Below, in pieces: positions 38,205 through 48,832 of a DNA stretch of 64,000 bases. How positions within the stretch are numbered: position 1 is the stretch's first letter; each line of letters starts with the position of its first letter. Made by a program: the position numbers and the translations under genes. Source of the DNA: an uncultured delta proteobacterium. Its GTDB lineage: Bacteria; Chloroflexota; Dehalococcoidia; Dehalococcoidales; BS750m-G39. The notes under the pieces were generated by a model that was not told where the DNA came from, did no database searches, and saw nothing but the letters and a program-made list of their open reading frames with translations. The DNA lies in contig CAVTZP010000007.1 in the NCBI GenBank assembly GCA_963739245.1, positions 187,723-251,722 of the forward strand. The letters are read 5' to 3'.

Positions 38205-38483
38205 ATGGTCACCGAACTGGTTCACGTTGGGTTTAATAATTTCGTAGCAATAAATAGAGTTATTGCTATCGCTTCACCAAATTCAGCACCGACGAAACGC
38301 ACCGTCCAGGAAGGGAAAACCAAGGGATTACTCATTGATATGACCAACGGCAGAAAGACCAAGGCAGTTATCATTACCGATGACGGGCATATTATTCAGG
38401 CCGCCCTTGCCCCGGAAACGATTGCTGGCAGACTACAAGCCAGTCGAGGCTCAGTGCAAAGTGAGGAAAAAGACGAACCATAA
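38205..38483 (+). CDS. remA: RemA/DUF370 family regulator
   Basis: 92 aa. LVHVGFNNFVAINRVIAIASPNSAPTKR...GLLIDMTNGRKTKAVIITDDGHI is typical of RemA/YlzA. Confidence 0.85.
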   Translation: MVTELVHVGFNNFVAINRVIAIASPNSAPTKRTVQEGKTKGLLIDMTNGRKTKAVIITDDGHIIQAALAPETIAGRLQASRGSVQSEEKDEP

Positions 38484-39099
38484 AGGTGACCCGCCGTTTA
38501 ACCTTCAGCCAAAGCCATTACTTATCGTTCTCTCCGGTCCCTCGGGAGCAGGGAAGGATGCCATTTTAAGCCGGATGAAAAAAACAGGCTACCCTATTGA
38601 GTTTATTACCACTGTAACCACACGCCCCCGGCGAGCTAAGGAAAAAAATAATGTTGACTACCACTTTGTCTCCGAAGAAAGTTTCCAGCAGATGCTCAAA
38701 AATAACAAGCTACTGGAGTGGGCAAAGGTCTACGGCAACTGGTACGGCGTGCCCAAGCAGCCGGTGAAGAGAGCGCTGGATAAGGGACGAGATATAATAG
38801 TAAGGATTGATACTCAAGGGGCAGCCACGATAAAGAAAATCATACCTCAGGCGGTATTTATCTTTGTTGTGCCCCTATCAATAGAAGAACTTGCCACTAG
38901 GCTCAAGCAGCGCCATACCGAGTCACCCTTTGACCTTGCCCTGCGGCTAAAAACTGCCGAGGAAGAAATGAAAAAGTTACCCCTGTTTGACTACGTAGTA
39001 GTTAATAGACAGGATAAAATTGACCTGGCGGTATCAGCCATTGAGGCGGTTATTACCGCCGAAAAGCACCGGGTAAAGCCCAGGGAAATCAGGTTATAA
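38461..39099 (+). CDS. gmk: guanylate kinase (start uncertain)
   Basis: P-loop LSGPSGAGKD, TTRPRR and YGVPK motifs. The track ORF begins at 38380 inside remA. GTG at 38461 is the last in-frame start before the P-loop. Confidence 0.85.
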   Translation: MRKKTNHKGDPPFNLQPKPLLIVLSGPSGAGKDAILSRMKKTGYPIEFITTVTTRPRRAKEKNNVDYHFVSEESFQQMLKNNKLLEWAKVYGNWYGVPKQPVKRALDKGRDIIVRIDTQGAATIKKIIPQAVFIFVVPLSIEELATRLKQRHTESPFDLALRLKTAEEEMKKLPLFDYVVVNRQDKIDLAVSAIEAVITAEKHRVKPREIRL

Positions 39100-40084
39100 A
39101 CCTCAGTAGCCAGGTAAACAAATAGCCCAGCACGAAACAGACGGGGAAGGTTATTACCCAGGTCATAACAATGTTGCCAGCCATCCCCCAGCGTACTGCC
39201 GAAAATCGCCGGGTAGCACCCACCCCCATGATAGATGCGCCAATGCAATGGGTGGTGCTCAGAGGTATACCGAAAGCGGAAGCGAGCAAAATGGCAATTG
39301 AGCCTGAACTCTCAGCGGCAAAGCCGTTTACTGGCTCCAGCTTGGTAATTTTGAAACCCATAGTTCGGATTATGCGCCACCCACCAAAAGCTGTCCCAAT
39401 CCCCATCACCGTACCACAAAGTAGCATTACCCACACTGGAATGGTAAACTGCTTCATTACCCCTCCCATCACCAGGGCTAGGGCAAAGACCCCCATGAAC
39501 TTCTGACCATCGTTGCTACCATGGCTGAACGCCATAAAAGCCGCCGAGAGTATCTGAAGCCGGCTGAAGATTCTACGGATAAATGACGGCCTAACACGCC
39601 GCAATATCCAATATAGGCTAGTCATTACTATCGCACCCAGAAAAAAGCCGAGAAAGGTAGAAATACCAAGACCAATAAGCACCTTCTGCCAGCCTGCCCA
39701 GAGTAAAACCGAGGGACCAGCCGCGGCAAGTCCGGCTCCGGTAAGCCCAGCAATAAGCTCATGGCTCTCACTGGTGGGTATTCCGTAGAACCAGGCGGCT
39801 GTGCTCCAAACCACAACAGTAAGCGTAGCGGCAATCACTACAGGGAGTCCGATAACCTCTGGCCTCACAATGCCCTGGCCCAAAGTCGCTGCTACCGCCG
39901 TGCCTGTTACCAGAGCACCCACGATATTAAGAACAGCAGCCATAATCACGGCTTGAGATGGGGAAAGAACACGAGTGGAAACTACAGTAGCGATGGCATT
40001 AGGGGCGTCTGTCCAGCCATTGACAAACTCGGCCGCCAGAACTAATAGTAAAGCGACTACCAGCAGGATAATGCCATCAGGCAT
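39089..40084 (-). CDS. PiT-family inorganic phosphate transporter
   Basis: 331 aa polytopic protein with the duplicated GxNDxxN-type motifs (GWTDAPNAI; HGSNDGQK). Confidence 0.85.
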   Translation of the reverse strand: MPDGIILLVVALLLVLAAEFVNGWTDAPNAIATVVSTRVLSPSQAVIMAAVLNIVGALVTGTAVAATLGQGIVRPEVIGLPVVIAATLTVVVWSTAAWFYGIPTSESHELIAGLTGAGLAAAGPSVLLWAGWQKVLIGLGISTFLGFFLGAIVMTSLYWILRRVRPSFIRRIFSRLQILSAAFMAFSHGSNDGQKFMGVFALALVMGGVMKQFTIPVWVMLLCGTVMGIGTAFGGWRIIRTMGFKITKLEPVNGFAAESSGSIAILLASAFGIPLSTTHCIGASIMGVGATRRFSAVRWGMAGNIVMTWVITFPVCFVLGYLFTWLLRFIT

Positions 40085-40703
40085 TCTTGATGGCTACCCC
40101 TTCTAGGACATTAGCCACATCCTCACACCTATCAGTGGCACTCTCCATGTGCTCGTAAATCTCGCGCCACTTAATAATATGAGCAATGTCTGTGGAATCA
40201 CTAAAAAGCTCAGCCAGCGCTGAGCGGTATACCCGGTCAGCCATATTCTCCACCCGGTTAAGCTCCACGCATCGTTTGAGAATCTGCTTTAACTCACTAC
40301 GATGTCGTAACTGGGGCATCGCCTTTGCTATCTCAGTTGCCCCCACCACTATTATACCGGCAAGCTCCTTAACTCTCCGACCTGGGGGGTCTACCTTGTA
40401 GAGAAGCATGGCATCGCTGGCAGCATGGATAAAATCGATGACATCATCCAGAGTATGAGCCAACTGGGCTATGTCCTCTCGGTCAAAAGGGGTGATAAAG
40501 GTGCGGTGTAATTGCGCCATAATTTTATGAGTGATTGTATCCCCCTCGTGCTCAAGTTCGGTTATCTCGTTTACCTTCTGCTCAACATCCTGCCAGTTAT
40601 CAACCAGCTCCTTCAGGCTCTTGGCTGCCTTCACCATATTGCGGGCGCTCTCCTCAAAAAGGGGGAAGAAAACCTCCTCCCGGGGCATAAAAGGGAACCT
40701 CAC
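40077..40703 (-). CDS. DUF47 (PhoU-like) phosphate-transport regulator
   Basis: 208 aa helical protein. FFPLFEESA..., EHEGDTITH and a second DRCEDVANVLE motif. Overlaps the PiT start by 8 nt. Confidence 0.8.
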   Translation of the reverse strand: MRFPFMPREEVFFPLFEESARNMVKAAKSLKELVDNWQDVEQKVNEITELEHEGDTITHKIMAQLHRTFITPFDREDIAQLAHTLDDVIDFIHAASDAMLLYKVDPPGRRVKELAGIIVVGATEIAKAMPQLRHRSELKQILKRCVELNRVENMADRVYRSALAELFSDSTDIAHIIKWREIYEHMESATDRCEDVANVLEGVAIKNA

Positions 40704-40743
40704 GCTCTAATCCTCCGCCAGTGAGTTTAGTTGAGAGTTAGAC

Positions 40744-40791
40744 GGTTGTCAAGCAGAAATTATTGACAGCCAGCACCAAGAAGCATAAAAT
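40744..40791 (+). promoter_or_regulatory. candidate promoter with an overlapping inverted repeat (operator-like) upstream of the APC permease
   Basis: GGTTGTCAA (40744-40752) and TTGACAGCC (40763-40771) are 8/9 complementary with a 10-nt spacer. The right arm contains -35 TTGACA. A 17-nt spacer leads to -10 TAAAAT (40786-40791). Confidence 0.4.
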
Positions 40792-40800
40792 TCGGCAAAT

Positions 40801-42279
40801 ATGGAAAGTAGCTGGCAACCCAAACCCGGGGATAAGATTTTTCGCCCCCGCCGAATTAAGCTGCCTCACCTAAGACGGGTGCTGGGCGTCCCCGCCCTAT
40901 TCAGCATCGGCTATGGGGATGTCGGCGGCTCCATTTACTATGGCTTGGGGCTTGTCGCCCTGGTAGCCTTAGGGGCTACCCCCATTGTGCTGATGATAGC
41001 TGGCATTATTTACGTCTTTAACGCCCTCACCTATGCTGAGGGTTCAGCTATGATACCTGAGGGAGGAGGCTCAGCTAGCTACGCCCGACATGGCTTTAAC
41101 GACCTGGTTGGTTTCATCTCTGGCTGGGTACTTATGCTTAGCTATATTGTTACCATGTGCATTTCGGCTTATACTATTCCCCCCTATCTGAGCTATTTCT
41201 GGCCGGTGCTGAATGAGCCAGTATTTGGCACGGCAACATCCATGGGAATCATTCTTCTCCTCATGCTGATAAATGTTCTGGGCATAAGAGAATCATCAAG
41301 GCTGAACATATTCTTCATCGGCATCGACATAGCTACCCAAATTACACTGGTAATCTTAGGTATCACACTGATACTGGCAGTAAACCCGGGAGTCTTATTT
41401 CAACACATGTTTGGTCACGGCAACTGGCCTTCTATGCAAAGCCTGGTCTTTGGCATTGCCCTGGCCGCCCTGTGTTTTACCGGCGTAGAATCGGTATCCC
41501 AGCATGGTGAAGAGACACGCCACCCCGAAAAAAAGATGCCCCAGGCATATATCCTTATGATAGTGGCGGTTCTGGTTCTTTTTGCCGGCATTTCAATAGT
41601 TGCCCTGTCAGCCATGACCCCTCAAATTCTCGGTGACCCGGTAAACGGCTGGGCAAGAGACCCGATAGCCGGCATAGCGGCTAACCTGCCTTCAAACGTC
41701 TTGCAGGATATATTCGCCCCACTGGTCGCTATACTGGCGGCAACTATCATGCTTGTTTCCACCAATGCCGGGCTACTTGGTATCTCCCGTCTTTCCTATA
41801 ACCTGTCTTCACACCACCAGCTACCGGTAACCTTAAGTCGAATCCATCCCCGCTTCCGAACACCCTATATCGCCATTATCCTCTTTTGCCTAATCTCCGT
41901 TCTGGTGTTAATTCCCGGCTTCTTCTCCACCAGCTTTTTTGCTGATTTAGGAGCATTATATGTCTTTGGCTCCTTGCTCTGCTTCGCCCTAGCTCATGCT
42001 GCGATTCTGGCGCTGCGGATAAAAAAACCCGACTTGCCACGCCCCTTCAAGCTGGGCGGGAATATCAGGATTAAAGGAGGTGACCTGCCAATTACCAGCA
42101 TCCTCGGCCTAATTACCACCTCGGTAATATGGCTCATCGTGATAATTACCCAGCCCTATAGCCGCTGGTTGGGAATGGGCTGGATGGTGGTCGGCTTAAT
42201 TATTTACTCCGTCTACCGGTGGAAAGCACATCTGCCACTAACCCATATACCCAAAAAGCCCGGGGAAAAGATATTGTAG
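40801..42279 (+). CDS. APC-superfamily amino acid permease
   Basis: 492 aa with about 12 TM helices and an N-terminal pattern typical of the APC family (FSIGYGDVGGSIYYGLG). Confidence 0.8.
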   Translation: MESSWQPKPGDKIFRPRRIKLPHLRRVLGVPALFSIGYGDVGGSIYYGLGLVALVALGATPIVLMIAGIIYVFNALTYAEGSAMIPEGGGSASYARHGFNDLVGFISGWVLMLSYIVTMCISAYTIPPYLSYFWPVLNEPVFGTATSMGIILLLMLINVLGIRESSRLNIFFIGIDIATQITLVILGITLILAVNPGVLFQHMFGHGNWPSMQSLVFGIALAALCFTGVESVSQHGEETRHPEKKMPQAYILMIVAVLVLFAGISIVALSAMTPQILGDPVNGWARDPIAGIAANLPSNVLQDIFAPLVAILAATIMLVSTNAGLLGISRLSYNLSSHHQLPVTLSRIHPRFRTPYIAIILFCLISVLVLIPGFFSTSFFADLGALYVFGSLLCFALAHAAILALRIKKPDLPRPFKLGGNIRIKGGDLPITSILGLITTSVIWLIVIITQPYSRWLGMGWMVVGLIIYSVYRWKAHLPLTHIPKKPGEKIL

Positions 42280-42336
42280 AGTTCTCATGGGAAGATTATA
42301 ATACCAGTTGCCCGCCAGTAAGCGGGAAGAGGAGCC

Positions 42337-42762
42337 ATGGAGTTTCACAAGATCCTGGTGCCGGTAATCGGCACCAAAGCCGACGAAGAGGCAATCAAGT
42401 TAGCCTGCCGGCTGGCCAAGAAGGATAAGGCTAAAATATGGGTGGTTTACGTTATTACCATAAAACGCTCCCTGCCACTGGAAGCTGAGATTGAATCAGA
42501 AACTAAAAAGGCTGAAGAGATACTAGACCATGCCGAGAGGGTGGCAGAAGAAGAAGACTACGAGGCAGAGACCGACGTGATTCAAGCTCGCGAGGCAGGT
42601 CTGGCTATTGTTGATGAGGCTGCAGAACGGGGGGTTGACCTAATCATGCTGGGTGTTCCCTATAAGCGGCGCTTCGGGCAGTTTAGCCTGGGCACAGTTG
42701 TGCCCTATGTGCTAACAAACGCCCCTTGCCGTGTTATACTATATCGTGAACGCACTACCTAG
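42337..42762 (+). CDS. universal stress protein (UspA family)
   Basis: 141 aa. KILVPV start, and the C-terminal GS..G.V...V-type motif (FSLGTVVPYVLTNAPCRVIL). Confidence 0.8.
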   Translation: MEFHKILVPVIGTKADEEAIKLACRLAKKDKAKIWVVYVITIKRSLPLEAEIESETKKAEEILDHAERVAEEEDYEAETDVIQAREAGLAIVDEAAERGVDLIMLGVPYKRRFGQFSLGTVVPYVLTNAPCRVILYRERTT

Positions 42763-42775
42763 GTAGAGTTTGCTT

Positions 42776-43180
42776 ATGAAAGTAGTAATTATGGGCTGTG
42801 GGAGGGTGGGAGCTCGACTCGCTGGACTTTTAGATATCGAGGGACATAGTGTTACCATCCTAGATATTGATGCTTATAGCTTCCGCAGGCTACCCCCTGA
42901 TTTTGCCGGCACGGCACTGGTGGGTGATGGCATTGATGAGGAAGCACTTAAGAAGGCAGGCATAGAGGAAGCCGATGTCTTTGTGGCTGTAACCCAGGGA
43001 GATAATCGCAATATCATGGCAACTCAAATTGCCAAGCATATCTTCAATGTACCCAAGGTAATCTGCCGCATCTATGACCCCCTGCGCCGGGAGCTATTCA
43101 ACTCTCTGGGGATAGAAGCCCTCAGCCCGACCACAACATTTGCCCAGATGCTAAAGGATAGGATAGAGGGAGTAAGTTAA
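42776..43180 (+). CDS. TrkA-N (RCK N-terminal, NAD-binding) domain protein
   Basis: MKVVIMGCGRVGARLA Rossmann motif. 134 aa from ATG 42776. The track uses TTG at 42770. Confidence 0.75.
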   Translation: MKVVIMGCGRVGARLAGLLDIEGHSVTILDIDAYSFRRLPPDFAGTALVGDGIDEEALKKAGIEEADVFVAVTQGDNRNIMATQIAKHIFNVPKVICRIYDPLRRELFNSLGIEALSPTTTFAQMLKDRIEGVS

Positions 43181-43183
43181 ACC

Positions 43184-43846
43184 ATGTACATCATTATTAT
43201 CGGTGGCGGCAAGGTGGGCTTTTACCTCGCCAAAGCCCTGCTTGACGAAGGGCATGAGGTTTTAGTGGTAGAAAAGGATGCGGGTAGAACTGACTTTATC
43301 CGTAATGAACTCGGCAGTATCTGCCTCCGCGGCGATGGCTGTGAGGTAACTACCTTGACTGAAGTGGGCACAGGGCGGGCTGATATGTTCATTGCGGTAA
43401 CCGGTGATGACGACGATAACCTGGTTGCCTGTCAGGTAGCCAAGTATAAATTCAATGTGCCCCGGACCATAGCCCGAATTAGCAATCCAAAGAATGAAAC
43501 TATCTTTAAGAAGCTCGGCATTGATGTTACGGTAAGTAGCACCAATATTATTCTTGAATATATAGAGCAAGAGGTACCAACCCACCCACTAACCCATCTA
43601 TTAAATATCAGGGATAGCGGGCTGGAGATTGTAGAGGTAAAGATCCCACCCAACTCACCGACTATAGGCAAAATGGTAAAGGAGCTTTCGCTACCACCGG
43701 GGAGCGTCCTTTCACTACTTATTCGCAAGCAAGAAAAGCCACAGGTGCCTACCGCCGAGACCATCCTTCAGGCTGGAGACCAGATAATAGCGGTTACTAC
43801 CCCCGAGACGGAGAAGGCACTAAGGACGATGCTGAGAGGTTTTTGA
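43184..43846 (+). CDS. trkA: Trk/Ktr potassium-uptake regulatory protein (TrkA-N plus TrkA-C)
   Basis: 220 aa. IIIGGGKVGFYLAK Rossmann motif and a C-terminal RCK_C-like segment (LEIVEVKIP.NSP.IGK...L). Confidence 0.8.
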   Translation: MYIIIIGGGKVGFYLAKALLDEGHEVLVVEKDAGRTDFIRNELGSICLRGDGCEVTTLTEVGTGRADMFIAVTGDDDDNLVACQVAKYKFNVPRTIARISNPKNETIFKKLGIDVTVSSTNIILEYIEQEVPTHPLTHLLNIRDSGLEIVEVKIPPNSPTIGKMVKELSLPPGSVLSLLIRKQEKPQVPTAETILQAGDQIIAVTTPETEKALRTMLRGF

Positions 43847-43887
43847 CCACCCAGGAATTAGAACCACCCTATAATATTAGCTAAAGA

Positions 43888-43909
43888 AGCCTACGGTTTA
43901 TAATATAGG
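43888..43909 (+). promoter_or_regulatory. shared promoter-like motif, copy 1 (upstream of comEA-comEC)
   Basis: AGCCTACGGTT directly followed by TATAATATAGG. The TATAAT at 43899-43904 ends 30 nt before the comEA ATG. Confidence 0.4.
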
Positions 43910-43934
43910 CGAAGTTGATTTCTGGAGGCTTTCC

Positions 43935-44438
43935 ATGACCAAGCTTAACAAATACTGGGCGCTGACTATTATTCTCCTGATAGCCATTATCGTTATTGTC
44001 GGCATAATAGCCTGGGCAAGGTATCGCCAGCCCCAGACCATAGAGATTTCCCTGCCACCAAGCCCACAGTTCCAGGGGGAGATTTACCTCGGTGGTGCGG
44101 TGAGTAACCCCGGACTTTATCCGCTGAAATCCGGTGATAGCATAGAAGCCCTCATTCAAGCTGCCGGTGGCTTCACTGATAATGCTGACCTCACTCGGCT
44201 CAAAATATATATCCCTATTGCTGGAGAGAAAGAGGAGCCACAAAAAATTGATATTAACCGGGCTGAAGCCTGGCTGCTAGAAGCTCTGCCCGGCATCGGC
44301 GAAGGCAGGGCTCAGGCTATTATAGACTACCGCCAGCAACATGGGGCATTCCACAATATCTCTGAGCTAACTAATGTTGAGGGAATAGGACCTTCAACCT
44401 ACGAGCAGATTAAAAACCTGATTACTGTTGCTGAGTAA
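43935..44438 (+). CDS. comEA: competence protein ComEA (SLBB plus helix-hairpin-helix DNA-binding)
   Basis: 167 aa. N-terminal TM helix, an SLBB-like segment (GAVSNPGLYPL), and a C-terminal HhH pair (INRAEAWLLEALPGIGEGRAQAIIDYR...L..V.GIG). Confidence 0.85.
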   Translation: MTKLNKYWALTIILLIAIIVIVGIIAWARYRQPQTIEISLPPSPQFQGEIYLGGAVSNPGLYPLKSGDSIEALIQAAGGFTDNADLTRLKIYIPIAGEKEEPQKIDINRAEAWLLEALPGIGEGRAQAIIDYRQQHGAFHNISELTNVEGIGPSTYEQIKNLITVAE

Positions 44439-46877
44439 TTTTCAAGGAAGGCTCGTGCCACTAATCTATCTAAGCTGTGCCTGGGTAGCTGGTATTTATT
44501 TGGGGTCAAAATTTGCCCCGCCGCTTGCCCTCCTCCTCACCGGGCTTATTCCCCTCCCCCTAATTTTCCTCTTCCGCCAACACCGTAAAGCAATAATCCT
44601 AGCCGCCGTCTGCCTTATTGCTCTCTTTGGCGGTGCTCTACTCTTCCAGGCAAGCCAGCCCTGTGGAAATGAAAGCTGCCTCAGGTTTTACAATGGCCAA
44701 GAGGTTGAAATCAAAGGCATGGTGAATGCCGACCCTGAGGTCAGGGATAAGGTGACTCATATTCGCCTATCAGCCTCAGAGATAAGACTGGACAAGGGGT
44801 GGCAGGGAGTATCAGGAAATGCCCTATTATTTGTGTCCAGATACTCCGCCTACCGGTATGGCGATGTGCTCCGGGTAAAAGGAAGGCTAGAGACGCCGCC
44901 CCAGCTTGATGAATTTGATTATGAAGGCTATCTCGCCCACCAGGGAATCTATTCCACCATGCGCTACCCAGAGGAGATAGAAATTCTAGAAACAGGGAGG
45001 GGATTCAAGCCGCTGGAATGGGTCTACGGGCTAAGAAATAGCCTGTTTCAAACCATGTCTCAGGTTCTGCCGGAGCCTCAGGCATCGCTATCCCAGGGTA
45101 TTGTTCTCGGCATCAGGTATACTATTCCCGCAGAAATTAAAGCCGATTTTGTCCAGACCGGCACGGCTCATATACTGGCGATATCAGGTGTCAACCTCAG
45201 TATCATAGCTGGTATGTTAGTCAGCATTGGTATATGGCTCTTTGGTAAAAGACGCTATCTCTACATCTGGCTGGCACTGAGCATAATCTGGCTCTACACC
45301 TTACTCACCGGCATGAACCCGCCGGTAGTCCGGGGGGCAATTATGGCCAGCCTTTTCCTCGCCGCCGAGCTTCTGGGCCGGCAGCGCACCGCCATCACCT
45401 CTCTTGCCTTTGCCGCCGCCTTAATGGTGGGGATTAGCCCGCAAATCCTGTGGGATGCTTCTTTTCAGCTCAGCTTTCTGGCTATGGCTGGTTTAATTTT
45501 TCTTGCCCCTCCCCTCATGGCTCTAGGGAGAAAAGCAGTTACCAAAACCATTGGCGAGGAGGGGATAGGCGTATCTCTGTCCAATATTGTTACCGACAGC
45601 TTCAGTGTAACCCTGGCCGCAACCATAGCTGTCTGGCCACTCATTGCCCACTATTTTGGCATTGTTTCGCTGGCTGGTCCCCTAGCCACCCTCCTCACCC
45701 TGCCGGCAATGCCCGGCATCATTGTCAGCGGGGCTCTGGCTGGGCTCATCGGGCTTTTTGCCCTGCCCGTCGCCCAGGTTATAGGCTGGCTTGCCTGGCT
45801 GTTCATCTCATATATGCTGCTGGTGGTAAACGGCTTTGCCTCCCTTCCCCTGTCCGCCATCAAAGTTGGCTCATTTAGCACCACCGTGATAGTGGTCTAC
45901 TATTCAGCCCTTGCCGCAGCTATCTGGCTCAGTAGTAACAAGAGACTAAAGGGGCAGATGCCCACGGTTAAAAACTGGCTAAGGTCAGCGGCAGGTAAAT
46001 CCTTAGACCTCGCCTCCCGACTCCCCAAGAAATGGGTTATTTCACCGCTGCTGGTGGTAGCTATTCTGGTATCGGTTACCGCCGTCACTATGCCCGATGA
46101 CAATCTCCATATAAGCTTCCTTGATGTTGGCGAGGGTGACGGCATTCTGATTCAAAAAGGAAACCAACAGGTTCTGGTTGATGGCGGACCCAGCCCCCAA
46201 GCCCTAACCCTGGGACTGGGTGACAAGATGCCCTTCTGGGATAGAACCATAGAACTGGTGATATTAACCCACCCCCACGCTGACCACCTCGCCGGGCTGG
46301 TAGAGGTTTTACACGCGATATAAGGTGGAGCAGGTGCTTTACCCCGATTTAGATTACGAGTCGCCCTTATATGAAGAATGGCTGCGATTAATCAAGGAAA
46401 GGAATATTAAATCTACCCTGGCTCAAGCCGGACAGGAGGTTGATTTAGGCGATGGGGTAATAATAAGAGGTGCTCAATCCCCAAACTTCCCAGCTAACTG
46501 ATACGGAGTCCGACATAGACAATAATAGCGTGGTATTACGCCTGAGCCGGGACAGGGCAAGCTTTTTGCTTACTGCCGATATAGAGCAGGAGGCAGAATC
46601 AAAGCTCATTGAGCAACGAGCCGAATTAGCCAGTACGGTGCTCAAGGTTGCGCACCACGGCTCAAAGACCTCCACCACCCCGGAATTTCTGGCGGTGTCT
46701 AACCCAGAGGTGGCGGTTATCTCAGTGGGGGAGAACCGCTATGGTCACCCCAGCGACGAGGTTTTGGAGAGACTCGAGCAAAGGCTGGGCTCAGAAAACG
46801 TATTCCGCACCGATAAGCAGGGAACGATAGAATTCATCACTGATGGCGAGAGGCTGTGGGTCAAAACGAAATTGTGA
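44428..46877 (+). pseudogene. comEC: DNA internalisation competence protein ComEC/Rec2, interrupted by two 1-nt frameshifts
   Basis: The polytopic competence domain (44428-46323) ends in the MBL motif LTHPHADHLAGL. Another frame continues ..YKVEQVLYPDLDYESPLYEEW..GDGVII. A third frame continues EVLNPQTSQ...NNSVVLRLS...LLTADIE...KVAHHGSKTS to 46877. The shifts lie near 46306-46320 and at AA 46465-46466. The start is TTG 44428 or GTG 44455. Confidence 0.85.
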
Positions 46878-46923
46878 TAAGATGTACCTAAGAAGACTTG
46901 ACAATTGAAAGGGGAAAGCAGCT

Positions 46924-47604
46924 ATGGCAGTAAAACAGAAGACGCGAAAACCTTCTTCCCGGACAGTAAAAGAAGAAGAGCTGCGCCGCGACCTGGAGCG
47001 CTTTAGGCAAAAGGCGCTAGAACTTGGCGCCTCGGCGGCTGAGGTTATACCTGCCTCCGATGTGGTAGTGCAGGAACGAGTCTGGCTAAAGTGTCTTGTG
47101 CCGCTCTGCCATATGGCGGGGACAACTCCCCACTGCCCGCCAAACACCCCCCAGCCAGATTTTGTGAGAAAAGCGCTTAGCCAATATCGCTGGGCTGTTT
47201 TGTTTAAGAGAGACGTGGGACCTCTTGAAGAATACGTAGCTACATCAGCGGCTCAACAAAAGGAGAGGCCAGGGCTGGCGGTAGCCAAAAACTTCCATAG
47301 AAAAATATACGAGCTTGTGGGACATTTGGAGGTTTATGCCCAGACCGAGGGTTATGACCTCGCCATGGGCTTCGCTTGTGGCAGCTGCAGAATCAACTTA
47401 TGCAACGGGGCGCCCTGCGCGTTTATCGAGAAGGGTGATTGCCGCTTTTCAATGCAGGCAAGGCCATCGATGGAAGGGGTAGGCATCGATGTCTTTGACC
47501 TTTGTAACAAGGTGGGGTGGGACGTCTACATGATTTGCAACATTGAGCCTGACCTGCGTGTCATCCCTTCGGCGACTTCAGTCGGCATTGTGTTCATTTA
47601 TTAA
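46924..47604 (+). CDS. DUF2284-like predicted metal-binding protein
   Basis: 226 aa. The Cys-rich pattern VWLKCLVPLCHMAGTTPHCPP... and the later CGSCRINLCNGAPC match my recollection of DUF2284. Not verified. Confidence 0.5.
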   Translation: MAVKQKTRKPSSRTVKEEELRRDLERFRQKALELGASAAEVIPASDVVVQERVWLKCLVPLCHMAGTTPHCPPNTPQPDFVRKALSQYRWAVLFKRDVGPLEEYVATSAAQQKERPGLAVAKNFHRKIYELVGHLEVYAQTEGYDLAMGFACGSCRINLCNGAPCAFIEKGDCRFSMQARPSMEGVGIDVFDLCNKVGWDVYMICNIEPDLRVIPSATSVGIVFIY

Positions 47605-47688
47605 GGGAGAAACAACAACTAATACTAACCTTCCCATTCCTCCTCCGTTATAGTATAGTAGAGTATAGATAATACAGGAGGTTTTGCC

Positions 47689-48501
47689 ATGAAAAAGTTG
47701 ATAATTGGGCTGGCACTGGTCATGTTATTGCTGGTGTCGGTCTCATGCGCTAGAGCGCCAGAGTCGATGCCACCGCTACCACCGGGAGTACAATCAATGT
47801 CTGAAGGGGGTGGAGTGTATAAGGCTGAAGTTACGCCATCACCAGAAGAGCGGATGATAGTCCGCACCGGGGATATGTCACTGGTGGTGACGAACATAAC
47901 TCAAGCCAGCGACAAGATAGCCAAGCTTGCCGAGAGGTTTGATGGCTATGTGGTATCGCTACAGATTTCGGGGGAGGAAGCGGATATGAGGGGGTGGATT
48001 TCTATCCGGGTGCCCGATGAAAAGTTTGACCAGGCACTAACTGAACTTAGTAACCTGGCAGTAAGGGTAAAATCAGAGAGCACCAACAGCCAGGATGTTA
48101 CCGAGGAGTATACCGACCTCCAGGCAAGGCTTAATAACGCCGAGGCAACAGAGAAGCAATACCTCACCCTTCTGGAAAAAGCCACCGATGTGGAGGACAT
48201 CCTCAAAATCTACGAAAGCCTGTCTCAGGTGCGCCAGCAGATAGAGCAAATCAAGGGGCAAATGCAATATCTGGAGCGAACGGCAGCAATGAGCCTGATT
48301 TCGGTTTACTTGGAGCCACAGGCTACAGCTAAACCGCTGGTTCACGCCGGCTGGAGCGCACTGGAAACACTCAAGTCCGCGGTCAGAGGGATTGTCGTCT
48401 TCGGGCAATGGCTTGGCATTTTGGCTATCTGGCTGCTAATCTTCATCCCCGTCTGGGGAACCGTAGTCGGCATTATCTACTGGCGCCGCCGAAGGCGTTA
48501 A
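47689..48501 (+). CDS. DUF4349-like lipoprotein
   Basis: Lipobox LLLVSVSC. The central coiled-coil region YTDLQARLNNAEATEKQYLTLLEKA...IEQIKGQMQYLE and a C-terminal TM helix are as in DUF4349 proteins. Confidence 0.55.
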   Translation: MKKLIIGLALVMLLLVSVSCARAPESMPPLPPGVQSMSEGGGVYKAEVTPSPEERMIVRTGDMSLVVTNITQASDKIAKLAERFDGYVVSLQISGEEADMRGWISIRVPDEKFDQALTELSNLAVRVKSESTNSQDVTEEYTDLQARLNNAEATEKQYLTLLEKATDVEDILKIYESLSQVRQQIEQIKGQMQYLERTAAMSLISVYLEPQATAKPLVHAGWSALETLKSAVRGIVVFGQWLGILAIWLLIFIPVWGTVVGIIYWRRRRR

Positions 48502-48535
48502 GATTAAGGGATTACATGTTAAGCATTAGAGCCGT

Positions 48536-48784
48536 TTAGCTAGGTAAGAGCCGTTCCATAATCTCCTCCTGGCTCAAACCATCAATAGCTATGACCTTAT
48601 TCTTAGAAGTATGACCTTGTATAATGGTTAAAGCGCCTTTGCTCACACCCAGCATCTGACTAAGAAAGGCGATTAATTCTTTATTGGCTTTACCTCTAAC
48701 TGGCGGTGCCGCTATTCTTACCCTCAATACCCCACCAGTAAAGCCTACCACTTCATTTCTGGAGGCATCGGGCTGAACGCGCAA
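48536..48784 (-). CDS. DUF167 (YggU) family protein
   Basis: 82 aa. RVQPDASRNEVVG...LRVRIAAPPVRGKANKELIAFLS..LGV is the typical YggU pattern. TTG start, possibly longer. Confidence 0.75.
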   Translation of the reverse strand: MRVQPDASRNEVVGFTGGVLRVRIAAPPVRGKANKELIAFLSQMLGVSKGALTIIQGHTSKNKVIAIDGLSQEEIMERLLPS

Positions 48785-48832
48785 TAGAATCTTCGTCTCT
48801 CTTCTAGAAATAGACAGCCAACATGCTGGCTA

